NCBI GenBank assembly: GCA_016214565.1
Contig: JACROE010000002.1
Span: 728,007-792,006, forward strand
Length of the DNA: 64,000 nt
From: Candidatus Kerfeldbacteria bacterium
GTDB lineage: Bacteria > Patescibacteriota > Patescibacteriia > UBA10025 > JAHIVO01
Direction of reading: 5' to 3'
This document shows positions 18,901-28,334 of the stretch, piece by piece. The number at the start of each line of letters is the position of its first letter. Positions within the stretch are counted from its first letter, which is position 1. A program made the translations under genes and the position numbers. Under the pieces are notes generated by a model. The model did no database searches and was not told where the DNA came from. It saw nothing but the letters and a program-made list of their open reading frames with translations.

Positions 18901-21900
18901 TGATTCCAGTGATTACACGTGGTCATGGACATCTGATAGCGCCATCATCGCGTCAGTTACGGGCAGCACCACAGAAAATGAGACTGCCACTGGCAATGCG
19001 CTGGGCACCACGTATATTCGTGCCTCAACCGAAGGAAAATCAGGTAGGGGAAAACTGAAAGTTGACCCTGCGTCATGTGCGTTTAATCCGACACGGTGTG
19101 CTGATCCGGATCAGGACGGGGTGAATGAGTGCGCGGGAAGCCGGTGTGATTTATTGTCGGATCGTTGTGTGCCGGTGATTGCTGATTATAATGAAGACGG
19201 CCAGATGATCTCGCCTCAGACCGGCATTGCCGGGTCGTTTGTCACCATCGAGGGATGCTATTTTGGCACGGCGCGGGGGACGGTAAATTTCGGTGGTACG
19301 CCGGGTGTATACGAATGTACCAATGCCTGGTCAGACCATTCCATCACTGTTTCTGAGCCGGGCAATCCAGTTGGTACATATCTGATTGACGTACGTCGTC
19401 CCGATGGCCGATGTTTAGGTGGCACCAATGATGGTTTGAGTTGCGTGAATAATAGCGTCTGTACCGGCGGGGGTGTTTGTACCACCTATGCCACCACGGA
19501 CAATAGTCCCTATGGCGCAAATCAGAATAATATTGGCGTCTACTACTTTAGCGTGGGTAACGTCTGCTCCGGCATCTGCGTGGGCGGCGCCAATGCCAAC
19601 CAAGCTTGTCAGAATAATGCCAACTGTGCCAGTAATAATTGCGCGCCTGGCGTTCCGGCTCCAAGCGGCGTGGCGCCCGGCATTTGTCCGCCACTCAATC
19701 CTGATTCAGGACGAGAGGGGGCAAATGTATATATCGAAGGAAAGAATTTCAATCCGCCGACGCTTAATCCAGCCACCACGCGCGTGTATTACCATAGTGG
19801 TTTAGCAGATACCCATACGGCTATTACGACCCGTGGCCAAGCCTGGGCGGATACTGAGATTAATCGATCACGCGTTCCGGCGGGCACCGTTACTGGCGGC
19901 GTGAGCGTTCAGGTAAATAATTGCCCATCAAATAGTGTTACCTTTAGGGTGAGTTGTGATAGAAATAGCCAATGCTCCACTGGTTGTTGCCAAGCCAACC
20001 AATGCGTGGCTTCAGCAAATTGCAGTTCGGGTACACCAGGGCAATTGTGCCAGTTGACTGCGAATAATCCTTTCTGTCAGGTTGGACCGGTGATTCCCGC
20101 TGGCGACTACCGTTGTATTGATCCGGCAGGCCACCGCCAGCCCAATGCACCGGCTGGGGCTACCTATCCACCGGCGGCGGTTGATGATTGCCGAACCTGT
20201 TGCTATCCTGGCCAAATTTCATCAACTGGCTTAACCTGCTCGGTCAATTTGCCGGCTTCGCAAACAGCCTGCACGGGTGCGAACCGTGGATTGTACTGTG
20301 GCTGTACCGGTGACGCGCAATGTGGTGGCAGTACCGCTTGCGGTTCTGACACCTGCTGCCACGGACGGCCAACGGTCGTCAATACTGAACCGCCATCACC
20401 GTCGAATTGTCGCAATATTCGTTTCCAAGTTGATTTCAGCGAAAAGATGGATGCGAGCTCGTTTGTGATTGGGGCTGATTATAACGCTCCGCAAGCAGAT
20501 GAGAGTGTCTTCCTCTATGACGCGACGAATAACACCACGGTAGCTGGGACGATTAAAGCATATCCGCTTGGATTTTATTTGTATCCGAGTGTGGCACTGA
20601 CTGCGGGGCATACGTATCGAATATTCATTCGGACTGAATTAGTCAAAAGCGATTTGGGCATTGCCATGTCGAGCGTGCCGGGCTGGCATTCTGAGACCTG
20701 GGTGATTAATGGTGGGGCGCAAATTTGTAGGATTGCCGGATTGAGAACTATCGTTATGGATGAGAATGGGTTTGGACAATATCCGCCCCAGATTCCAAAT
20801 TTTTCTTGTGGATTCAGCGGGTGTGATCCGGGGGATATTTTTGCCACTCTAGAAGGTGCCAATTTACTATTATTAGTTGACGCACTTGATCAAAATGGGA
20901 CCCCCATCAGCGGTGGCGCTGATCCGATCGATTATACGTGGAGTGAGACGGATCCCAGAAATGTATTTACGCCAAATTATGATCCGGGCCCACCCTTCAC
21001 GCCTGGCTGTCCGGCCAATCAACCGAGTAATTTTTATTGTATTATTACTTCAGATAATCATACTGGGCTAGGGCATCTCAATGTGACTGCGGACGGTTCG
21101 GTGACGTCATTTGGTGATCTGGGTACTTATAGCGGCAGTGTACCGATTCGCGCTTCTTTGTGCTCGCGGTCATGGCCAAATCCGCGTGTACCGGATAATG
21201 ACGTGTTCCCATTTGAGGACACGAGCTATCATTTTGCGCTGTGGTATTGTGCTGAGGATGGTTTAGCCTTACTCCGCCCAACGACGGAAGCTGTGATCAA
21301 ATCCAATGTTCCTTCTGTTCCTCAGGAAGATGAGTTGGTACGAGAATTCTTCTTCTTGCGTGATGGGAGCACCGATGCTATTGGCGTCCGGGTCATGGAG
21401 AATGAGCAGAAATTATCTCCGACGCAGTGGTATCGCGCGCAATTTGGACCAGCCGCTCCTGAGCCGCAGCCATTGACCGTGGATGGGTATCCGGCAGTTC
21501 GCGCTGGTCGGACGGTGTATGTCGCTGCTACTAATTTATCAGGCGGTACCGTGTACGCAAATATTTATTTGATGTCCTATAATGACGGCGCTTCGAGTGA
21601 GACCATTGAAATATTTAATCGATTACTTGCAAACTGGGAATTTAATACTAATTTAACCGGTGCACAAAAAGGTCAGCTGCAGCGCGATCTTCAGCGTTTG
21701 TCTGATTTGAGTGATATCGCGGAGAAGCTCATAAATTACAAAGGCGCCAATCAGAAATTCCCAGAGTTATCCGGTGGGACGTATGTTAAAACTGTCAGTA
21801 ATTCATTATGGCCATCGTGGCAAGATACGCTGGGCGTGGCCTTGGGCGGAAATTTACCGACTGACCCGGTCAATGATTTTGAGGCTTGTACGCCTAATGA

Positions 21901-24109
21901 TGAGACGACCTGCTGGAATGATGCGACTAAAAAGTACCAATGTAATGTAGGTTCAAAATTATATCAGTATCACACCAATGAAGCCGGTGGCATTGCCAAC
22001 CTCTTCACCTTCCTCGAATATGATGGTCCAGGAAACTGGCGGACTGGATTGACCAATCCATGCGCGGGTATGACTGAAGCGGCATGTAATTGTTTCAATT
22101 ATCAATACGCAGTAACCGGAACTAATTTGGATCGGAATGGTCCAATTATCACCGCGGTGAATGGAAATCCTCCGGGAACAACTTTGGTTGTCGCTGGTAC
22201 CACTAATTTAGTGGTCACCGCCACTGATGCCGACAGTGGCGTGAATAGCGTTGAATTTTATATTGACGGAATTCGCCAGGCGACTGATACCGATGGCACC
22301 AATGGATGGAGCTGGAGCATGAATACCGGCGCCTTTCCAGATGGCAATCATAGCTTGGGAATCAAGGCATACGATGTGGCTGGCAATTATTCTGATGCTA
22401 ATTTTACCCTTGATATCGATAATGCTGGTGGTGGTGACGCGAGCGCTCCGTTTGCCCGCATTATCAGTCCCACTGCAGGACAGACCGTCAGCGGCATGGT
22501 CTCCATACAGACTGAGGCAAGCGATAATTATGATATCGTGTCCATGACGATTGAAGTGCGACCGAACACATGTAGCTCGGGACAGATATTCGCAGATACA
22601 GTGCCGTTCGGCGGCATCCAAACCAATGCATCTTTCAATTGGTCATGGGATAGTAGTGCCAGCGCTTCAGGCACGTATTGCATTTGGTTGGATGTGATTG
22701 ACGGGGTTCGACACGGGTATGCCACGGCACTCGTGACTTTGAGCAATCTTGATGCCATCAATCCGACGGTGAATATCACCGCGCCAGTTGCCAGCCCGCC
22801 CTCAATTTCGGGAGAGGTAAATATTACCATGACCGCCAGCGATAATATCGGCGTGGCGCGGGTGGATGTGTATATTGACGGCCAATACCGTGGCCCTGCA
22901 TCGTTAAGTGGGGGGAATTATATCTGGCCCTGGAATACGCGGGCGTATCCGAATGGTGATCATGAGTTGCGGGCGTATGTGTATGATCTTTCCGGAAACA
23001 CTGGTTCAGCGATACCAATCGTGGTGAATGTGGATAATATTGAGAATGATATTATAGCGCCTACGGTATCCTTTATAGCGCCGACCCCCGCTTCTGGTAC
23101 GGCCATCGAAGGCGTGATAACGATTCGTGTTGACGCCCAAGATGATAAGCAAGTAGATCGGGTAAATTTCTACGTGGACTATCTCCAGCGATCGATTGAT
23201 ACGGATGGTTCGAATAATTGGGAATGGACATTTGACACCACCGGCATGACTGATGGTTGGCATCGGATACAGGTAGATGCACTAGATGTGGCGGGGAATC
23301 GCAGCGAGTACATCGAGGTCAGGCTGGGCATCAATGTCCCTGGCGGACCATTGATCACGAATGCCGGGATAGATCCCGCATCAGGTCCGGCCGGAACTCC
23401 ATTCTGCATCCAGGCTGATGTGACCAGTCCTACGGGGGTGGCCAGTGTTGTGGCGAGTATTCAGCAGCCTGACGAAATTGAACTTGACCGGGTTACCTTA
23501 ACGTTAACCGGTGGAGATACATATCAAGGTTCGTGGACGTCGCCGATTGGATCGCCGGATCAGAGTTATTATGTGGATATTATTGCTGAAAGCACTGACG
23601 GACGCGTCAGTGAGTATGAGAATATCCACGGCGCTACGGGTTCATGCGGTGGCGGCGGTGGCAGTGCCCCAGTTATCACGAGTGTGTTGAGTCGGTCGCT
23701 GCAGGAGGATACCGCGTTTACCTACACTATCACCGCGACGAATACTCCCACGTCATATAATGCGGTTGGTATGCCGGCCTGGATGACTCGATCGGGGAAT
23801 GTGTTATCAGGAACACCGCCAACTCCGGGTACATTTACGGTAGCCATTTCCGCAACCAATGCTTTTGGCACTGATACGAGAAATTTGACCGTTACTGTTA
23901 CGGCCGCATCCAGTGCTTGCGATTTCTGTGAGTTTGTCGGACCAAATAATTGTACAACTTATACGACCTCACTCAGTTGTAATACCGCCGGGTGTTATTG
24001 GAGAAATTTCCCTGCACCGGCGCGATGTGTTGATTATCCTTGCTCAGCCTACAATGGTGCCCAATCCGCTTGTGAAGCGCGATCAAGCTGTTCCTGCACT
24101 GCGACGTAA
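15968..24109 (+). CDS. Giant 2713-aa surface protein: N-terminal VirB2/TrbC-like pilin, Ig-like/IPT domains, Cys-rich repeats, pilin-head-like domain
   Basis: Signal-like N-terminus, then LGFLGLIAVIFIMYGGFVWMTAAGNQEKVEKAKKII..AVIGL (CPR pilin pattern). Also repeated C.GG.N.G..C motifs, RDLQRLSDL...YK....FP...LPTDP, and several V.FY.DG Ig-like repeats. Confidence 0.85.
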   Translation: MKDTLKKNKNSLLGVFGFLLIVAIVGAAGWLAVPETSAQVNLDPNLGTTFGLGTADLLSTVINIVQWALGFLGLIAVIFIMYGGFVWMTAAGNQEKVEKAKKIITRAVIGLVIVLLAWAIVTFIVDRALDLTGGNGSSCTDGDVNGCYLCSSGSWVYQNAWPGCNAGGANFFDVVDTYPADGQTGVYLCSIVQAEFNGNIDAATVPGAAFVYVNGGGQNGDACTANTDCASGVCAATCQGNSVPGNWNASGDTLEFLPSQEHLPNTIYQVYLCGSGAGNPDCTSQIEEDAATPRQFIGEIWFFTTGNSTLNEPPEVTAIYPADAAANICLNTTIAANFSQPIRKASLNANTVQFTTGGGPVGLRTPFSIPSTWDSFSTRPSNAMTAGAEYNVKLIAGTPGNTDPNNGIMDVCLNHLDGDYNNNEDGSPGDDFMTINNEPSGGEVAPWNFFADTDTTNIECTPEISSIVPASQRYDADPGITINGSNLSINGDIRFELNVMHDNRCMDVNGTPNQACVASWTGDQISTRIPAGPVAFAGESPSAGAADGNVRVEIGAGDDEKSNTYAFDVSSPQIRRALGINNQAHGGISQAVKLERRTGNANDGFGAPGTVEFFNISTQARMPADTLNCSTTWTNNYALIKVPDLSSIGVTACDTSIYSWYDCPTAVPNSVVGIQLFGAGGAQPSNIIKFIYTTETPGPVLCEVVPECGNAGAAITLTGEAFGASQGSGRVWISSPPVSAPVTGWNEGTITATVPNLRNGVHEVNVEDDNGKSSYSMDFQIPCGDIPQVVENASCAATCNGGPNDGNLCSDDSQCPGGACQISMASPNPYKGTDDVCVNAMFGARFTVPMNTGTFNANIILESCGNDSSCAAPVAVTHNMGTFGAPLNERFIMQRTVAGVPTDLDPNTYYRVTIRRQVESTTGARMNADYVWLIKTKADTGPCPVENVMVTPGNAVLYNIGDTEPYLATAIGPNCALLDSSDYTWSWTSDSAIIASVTGSTTENETATGNALGTTYIRASTEGKSGRGKLKVDPASCAFNPTRCADPDQDGVNECAGSRCDLLSDRCVPVIADYNEDGQMISPQTGIAGSFVTIEGCYFGTARGTVNFGGTPGVYECTNAWSDHSITVSEPGNPVGTYLIDVRRPDGRCLGGTNDGLSCVNNSVCTGGGVCTTYATTDNSPYGANQNNIGVYYFSVGNVCSGICVGGANANQACQNNANCASNNCAPGVPAPSGVAPGICPPLNPDSGREGANVYIEGKNFNPPTLNPATTRVYYHSGLADTHTAITTRGQAWADTEINRSRVPAGTVTGGVSVQVNNCPSNSVTFRVSCDRNSQCSTGCCQANQCVASANCSSGTPGQLCQLTANNPFCQVGPVIPAGDYRCIDPAGHRQPNAPAGATYPPAAVDDCRTCCYPGQISSTGLTCSVNLPASQTACTGANRGLYCGCTGDAQCGGSTACGSDTCCHGRPTVVNTEPPSPSNCRNIRFQVDFSEKMDASSFVIGADYNAPQADESVFLYDATNNTTVAGTIKAYPLGFYLYPSVALTAGHTYRIFIRTELVKSDLGIAMSSVPGWHSETWVINGGAQICRIAGLRTIVMDENGFGQYPPQIPNFSCGFSGCDPGDIFATLEGANLLLLVDALDQNGTPISGGADPIDYTWSETDPRNVFTPNYDPGPPFTPGCPANQPSNFYCIITSDNHTGLGHLNVTADGSVTSFGDLGTYSGSVPIRASLCSRSWPNPRVPDNDVFPFEDTSYHFALWYCAEDGLALLRPTTEAVIKSNVPSVPQEDELVREFFFLRDGSTDAIGVRVMENEQKLSPTQWYRAQFGPAAPEPQPLTVDGYPAVRAGRTVYVAATNLSGGTVYANIYLMSYNDGASSETIEIFNRLLANWEFNTNLTGAQKGQLQRDLQRLSDLSDIAEKLINYKGANQKFPELSGGTYVKTVSNSLWPSWQDTLGVALGGNLPTDPVNDFEACTPNDETTCWNDATKKYQCNVGSKLYQYHTNEAGGIANLFTFLEYDGPGNWRTGLTNPCAGMTEAACNCFNYQYAVTGTNLDRNGPIITAVNGNPPGTTLVVAGTTNLVVTATDADSGVNSVEFYIDGIRQATDTDGTNGWSWSMNTGAFPDGNHSLGIKAYDVAGNYSDANFTLDIDNAGGGDASAPFARIISPTAGQTVSGMVSIQTEASDNYDIVSMTIEVRPNTCSSGQIFADTVPFGGIQTNASFNWSWDSSASASGTYCIWLDVIDGVRHGYATALVTLSNLDAINPTVNITAPVASPPSISGEVNITMTASDNIGVARVDVYIDGQYRGPASLSGGNYIWPWNTRAYPNGDHELRAYVYDLSGNTGSAIPIVVNVDNIENDIIAPTVSFIAPTPASGTAIEGVITIRVDAQDDKQVDRVNFYVDYLQRSIDTDGSNNWEWTFDTTGMTDGWHRIQVDALDVAGNRSEYIEVRLGINVPGGPLITNAGIDPASGPAGTPFCIQADVTSPTGVASVVASIQQPDEIELDRVTLTLTGGDTYQGSWTSPIGSPDQSYYVDIIAESTDGRVSEYENIHGATGSCGGGGGSAPVITSVLSRSLQEDTAFTYTITATNTPTSYNAVGMPAWMTRSGNVLSGTPPTPGTFTVAISATNAFGTDTRNLTVTVTAASSACDFCEFVGPNNCTTYTTSLSCNTAGCYWRNFPAPARCVDYPCSAYNGAQSACEARSSCSCTAT

Positions 24110-24133
24110 ATAATCATAATTTTTTAAGTTAAT

Positions 24134-25675
24134 ATGCTAATAATATTAGAAAGGATTAAACGTATGAAACATTTAAAAATTAATTCGCTCGTTCTTTTGG
24201 TGATTGTGCTGAGCCTCTTCATGGTTGGAGCGGCAATGCTTGGTGGGCTTGATCTCGTTCAGGCGCAGTCAACTGATACCTCGCCAAGTTTTGAAGTTGC
24301 TACAACATCGCTTCCGGTTCTCACTGGTCAGGGGGTAAGCCTGAATCCGTCTCAAGTCGATCAAAATGAGACCGTACGCATTTCTGTCGAGGCATATGAT
24401 GTTTCTGGTTTAGCCAGTGCCGTTGCCTACGTGCGGAATTCGACGCCTGGATCGCGACCAGTTGCGGATGTGCCATTATTTGACGACGGACAGCACGGCG
24501 ATGGAACCGCCGGAGATGGAAAATTTTCGGGTACCTGGAATGTTGGGTCAAATGCTGATGGCATTTATCCGGTTGAAGTACAGATTGCCGATCGGTTGAA
24601 CAATACAGCCACAATCAGCAATGTGGTGACAATCGCCATTGGGGTTGGTGCATGCGCCAGTGATAGTCAGTGCACGACCGGTAGTCGGTGTTGCGGTGGT
24701 GTCTGTGGTACTGATCAGTGCGCCTCAAACAGCCAGTGCAATGATAATAATGCCGGAACCAGCGATACCTGTATTTTAACCAGTTGCCCTTCGTACTGCA
24801 GTAGCATTCCGATTACGTCATGTAGCAATAATGACGGATTCTGTCCTGCGTCCTGTACCTCGGCAAATGATAATGATTGTGCTGACACCAGCGCGCCAAT
24901 CATCGCTATTGGAACCCCGGCAACGGATGGGACAACGCTTTCAACCAGCCCCACACAAATTATTGCTCAGGCATCCGATGGCCAGTCGGGGATTGATCGA
25001 GTCGAATTTTATCTCGATAGTGAAACAGCTCCTCGGGACACGCAATATTTCGACCAACCAAGCGGGTCGGGGACGTATATTTGGGTGTTAAATCTCGCGA
25101 GCGTTACTAATGGCGCCCATACGATTACGGCAAAGGCAATTAACGGCGTGGCGCTGACTAGCACGGCCACGCGCGCAGTGCAGGTATCTACTGATTCTTC
25201 AGCACCATTTAATGTGACCATCACCAGCCCTGCCCAAGGAAGCATCTACGCGAATACCAGCACCATCAATGTCAATATTGCGGCATCAGATAATCAATCA
25301 GTGACTGAAGTCAGGGTATACAGCCTTAATGGCGGTGGACCTCTCGGGCAGGCGACCACGTCTGGAACAAGTGTTAATCAGCAGGTATCTATATCAGCTG
25401 GCGCCATAGCCGCGGCATATGATCCGTTGTGGTCGATTGCCGCTGCAGAACCGGCCAAGCGACCGCTTCCCTTTATTTCGGTAGCACATGCGGCTACTGG
25501 GGGTGGACAAACATGCACCACCAGCACGGTCTATACGTCTAAATGGATTTATGCGGTTGCCTATGACGCAGCTGGCAACAATACCCCCAGCCCTATTGTC
25601 GCGCTGTCAATTTCTAGTTCGGTAACCACGTGCACGAATTCAACGACTGACACAGCGCCACCACCAACGATTTAA
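24134..25675 (+). CDS. Secreted Ig-like/Cys-rich surface protein
   Basis: Signal peptide, LFDDGQHGDGTAGDGKFSG motif, Cys-rich C..D.QC repeats, VEFYLD Ig-like domains. Confidence 0.8.
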   Translation: MLIILERIKRMKHLKINSLVLLVIVLSLFMVGAAMLGGLDLVQAQSTDTSPSFEVATTSLPVLTGQGVSLNPSQVDQNETVRISVEAYDVSGLASAVAYVRNSTPGSRPVADVPLFDDGQHGDGTAGDGKFSGTWNVGSNADGIYPVEVQIADRLNNTATISNVVTIAIGVGACASDSQCTTGSRCCGGVCGTDQCASNSQCNDNNAGTSDTCILTSCPSYCSSIPITSCSNNDGFCPASCTSANDNDCADTSAPIIAIGTPATDGTTLSTSPTQIIAQASDGQSGIDRVEFYLDSETAPRDTQYFDQPSGSGTYIWVLNLASVTNGAHTITAKAINGVALTSTATRAVQVSTDSSAPFNVTITSPAQGSIYANTSTINVNIAASDNQSVTEVRVYSLNGGGPLGQATTSGTSVNQQVSISAGAIAAAYDPLWSIAAAEPAKRPLPFISVAHAATGGGQTCTTSTVYTSKWIYAVAYDAAGNNTPSPIVALSISSSVTTCTNSTTDTAPPPTI

Positions 25676-25707
25676 TGCGGTCAACGTATTCATAATACCT
25701 AATTTCT

Positions 25708-26328
25708 ATGCCCGGGAACCCAAAATCGGAAAAACCTATTGAAGATATTTTTGCGGAAACTGACGTTTCTCGTCCGGTTAAGCGCGTACCGACCCGTGCG
25801 ACGGCGGCCCAGCCAAGTCCTCGGTCGACTACTATTGTTCGGCGTCCGGCCGTACCGCTTGAGGTGCAGCCGCGTCCGTGGTATTTGCGTCGCGCTTTTC
25901 TTCTGATCGCTCTGCCCTTAGTTATTGTGTCGTTGGTTGCCGTGGTGATTGCCTTGGGACCATTTGGCATCGGGGCTGATACGGTCAATCAACCCGCTCT
26001 TAATACCGTGCAAAGCGTAAATAATTCGGGGAGTGTTGTGGCGCAAGAAATTCCGGTCGTGAGTAGTGAACGGATTGACGCCGACGGAGATGGTTTGACG
26101 GATGCCGAAGAAGAGGCGGCAGATACTGACCCCGCTCAAACGGATACCGACCACGATGGACTTTTTGATCGAGATGAGGTAAAAGTGTATCTGACAAATC
26201 CACGCAACCCGGATACTGACGGTGATGGCAATAATGATGGCACCGAGGTAAAGAATGGATATGATCCTAAGGGCAGCGGATTGCTCCGCGATCTCAATGT
26301 TGCAATCCAAGAATTAAATAATAGTTAA
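25708..26328 (+). CDS. Membrane-anchored protein with Ca-binding DxDGDGL repeats
   Basis: Single TM helix followed by DADGDGLTDAEE, DTDHDGLFDRDE, DTDGDGNNDGTE..GYDP. Confidence 0.85.
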   Translation: MPGNPKSEKPIEDIFAETDVSRPVKRVPTRATAAQPSPRSTTIVRRPAVPLEVQPRPWYLRRAFLLIALPLVIVSLVAVVIALGPFGIGADTVNQPALNTVQSVNNSGSVVAQEIPVVSSERIDADGDGLTDAEEEAADTDPAQTDTDHDGLFDRDEVKVYLTNPRNPDTDGDGNNDGTEVKNGYDPKGSGLLRDLNVAIQELNNS

Positions 26329-26342
26329 CGTTTTCTTCACCC

Positions 26343-27419
26343 ATGACTCCTGCACCACAATCGTCATCTTCGAATACTCGTACCCCTGCTCCACAAACTC
26401 GCACGGCTCGGATTTATACCATGCCGGAAAAATTTTACGTCGAGGAAGGGAAGCGGAATGCACAACGTAGTCCGTTGAGGATGATTTTAGTTTTTGTTTT
26501 AGTGTTGATTGTGTTAGGTGGCGGTGGTTTTTTGGTGTATCAACAGATGCAAAAACCTGACGGAACCGAACAAACCAATAATTCTTTAATTGGGGTGATT
26601 AATACCAATACCGCGGTTAATAACACCAATACTTCAACTAATGCTACCTTAAATAGCAACACGATCCTGAATACGAATCGGCTAACCAATGGGTTTGTCA
26701 ACGTTAATTCCGTACAAACGAACAGCGTATTTACTAATACGAATAGCGCAGTAAATACAAATACATCGACCGTCCTTGATAGCGAGGATTCAGATAGCGA
26801 TTCACTCACCAATGTGGAAGAGGCTCTGTATGGTACTAGTTTATCGGTGGCTGATACGGACGGGGATAGTTTCGCTGATGGCCAGGAAGTATTGAATGGG
26901 TATGATCCAAATGCTGCTACTGCGCGTCTCAGCAGTAATAGTGGCGTACAGGTGCATTCAAATTCGACTGACGGTTACTCGCTCTGGTATCCGCGGAGCT
27001 GGGCGGTGGCCAATGATCCGCAAAATACCCGTGGAAAATTATTTTCAACCAGCGGTGAATTTATTTCCGTGAGTGTTCAGGATAACCCTGCGCAATTATC
27101 AGCGCGCGATTGGTATCTGACAAAAGCGCCTGGTGTGAATCCGTCCTCAATCAGTTCTGTTACCAATTGGGATCGGACACTCACTGGCGTCAAATCAGTG
27201 GATGGTATGACGGTATACTTCACGCGAGGAACGTTTGCCTATGTGGTGAGCTATAATACGAATATATTGAGCCAAGCAAATTTCCGCACTACTTTTGCCA
27301 TGATGTATCAAAGTCTGACCATTCTCAGCACGCCCACCAATACCAACAAGGCAACCACTAATAGCAATACGAACGCGAACAGCAATACCAATAGCCAGTC
27401 TAACAGTAATCAGCTCTAA
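26343..27419 (+). CDS. Membrane-anchored protein with Asn/Thr linker, DxD repeats and a PsbP-like C-terminal domain
   Basis: TM helix, NTN-rich linker, DSDSDSLTNVEE / DTDGDSFADGQE, then YSLWYPRSW...MYQSL. Confidence 0.75.
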   Translation: MTPAPQSSSSNTRTPAPQTRTARIYTMPEKFYVEEGKRNAQRSPLRMILVFVLVLIVLGGGGFLVYQQMQKPDGTEQTNNSLIGVINTNTAVNNTNTSTNATLNSNTILNTNRLTNGFVNVNSVQTNSVFTNTNSAVNTNTSTVLDSEDSDSDSLTNVEEALYGTSLSVADTDGDSFADGQEVLNGYDPNAATARLSSNSGVQVHSNSTDGYSLWYPRSWAVANDPQNTRGKLFSTSGEFISVSVQDNPAQLSARDWYLTKAPGVNPSSISSVTNWDRTLTGVKSVDGMTVYFTRGTFAYVVSYNTNILSQANFRTTFAMMYQSLTILSTPTNTNKATTNSNTNANSNTNSQSNSNQL

Positions 27420-27853
27420 TGCAGGTTACTATCACGCGGGCGCCAGGGATAGTGGTGCAGACATCGTTTATTCATAAATTAAGCCAGGTCATTGGCCGAG
27501 TCCTACCGCGCTATCGTGGTTCTGCGTTTTCGATTGCGTTTGTTTCGAATTCCGTCATCCGACGTCTCAATAAAACCTATCGACGGAAGGATGCTCCGAC
27601 CGACGTCTTGTCTTTTGCGGAGCGAGAAAGTGCATCTGGCTGGCTGGATCAAAACTATCTCGGTGACATCGTGATTGCGTATCCTTATGCGCGTCGGCAG
27701 GCCCGTCTGCAGGGGATAAGCATTCGTCAGGAGTTAGTGTGGCTAGTCACTCACGGATTTCTACACCTGATTGGACATGATCATATGCGCCCTCAGGAAC
27801 AACGGCGCATGCTCGCGCTGGAGAAAAAAATTATCAATCGTTTTACTCGGTAG
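27419..27853 (+). CDS. ybeY: rRNA maturation endoribonuclease YbeY
   Basis: LNKTYR.KDAPTDVLSF, LGDIVI, HGFLHLIGHDH. Confidence 0.96.
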   Translation: MQVTITRAPGIVVQTSFIHKLSQVIGRVLPRYRGSAFSIAFVSNSVIRRLNKTYRRKDAPTDVLSFAERESASGWLDQNYLGDIVIAYPYARRQARLQGISIRQELVWLVTHGFLHLIGHDHMRPQEQRRMLALEKKIINRFTR

Positions 27854-27858
27854 TACCT

Positions 27859-28230
27859 ATGGCCGTTCTCGACATCTATAAGTTAGCAAAAAGTTTTCGA
27901 TTCGCCTTTCGAGGTTTCTGGTATGTGGTGCGCAATGAACAAAACATACGCCTACACTTATTGGCGAGCCTCTTTGTCATTATTTTGATTATTTATTTCA
28001 ACGTTGCACTGTGGCAGGCGATCATTTTGATCTTAGTCATGATGTTTGTCTTGGTTTTAGAATTGATTAATACTGTGTTTGAAAAAATGGTTGATATCCT
28101 CCGCCCGCGGATACATTATTATGCTGAAGTAATTAAGGACGTCATGGCTGCCGCGGTATTGATCACTTCAATCGGCGCAGTTATTGTGGGAATATTGATT
28201 TTTGCCCCGTATTTTATTGCGCGTTGGTAA
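27859..28230 (+). CDS. dgkA: Diacylglycerol/undecaprenol kinase family protein
   Basis: SF.FAFRG, E.N.R.H, ELINTVFE..VD, KDVMAAAV; three TM helices; follows ybeY. Confidence 0.9.
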   Translation: MAVLDIYKLAKSFRFAFRGFWYVVRNEQNIRLHLLASLFVIILIIYFNVALWQAIILILVMMFVLVLELINTVFEKMVDILRPRIHYYAEVIKDVMAAAVLITSIGAVIVGILIFAPYFIARW

Positions 28231-28334
28231 GGTTTTTTACTTTTTATAACCAAACACATTTTTTGTTCAAGCTGGGGATTTTGCATATTAACGACTTTTT
28301 CGGTATACTATAGACTATATCAACCATCCACACT

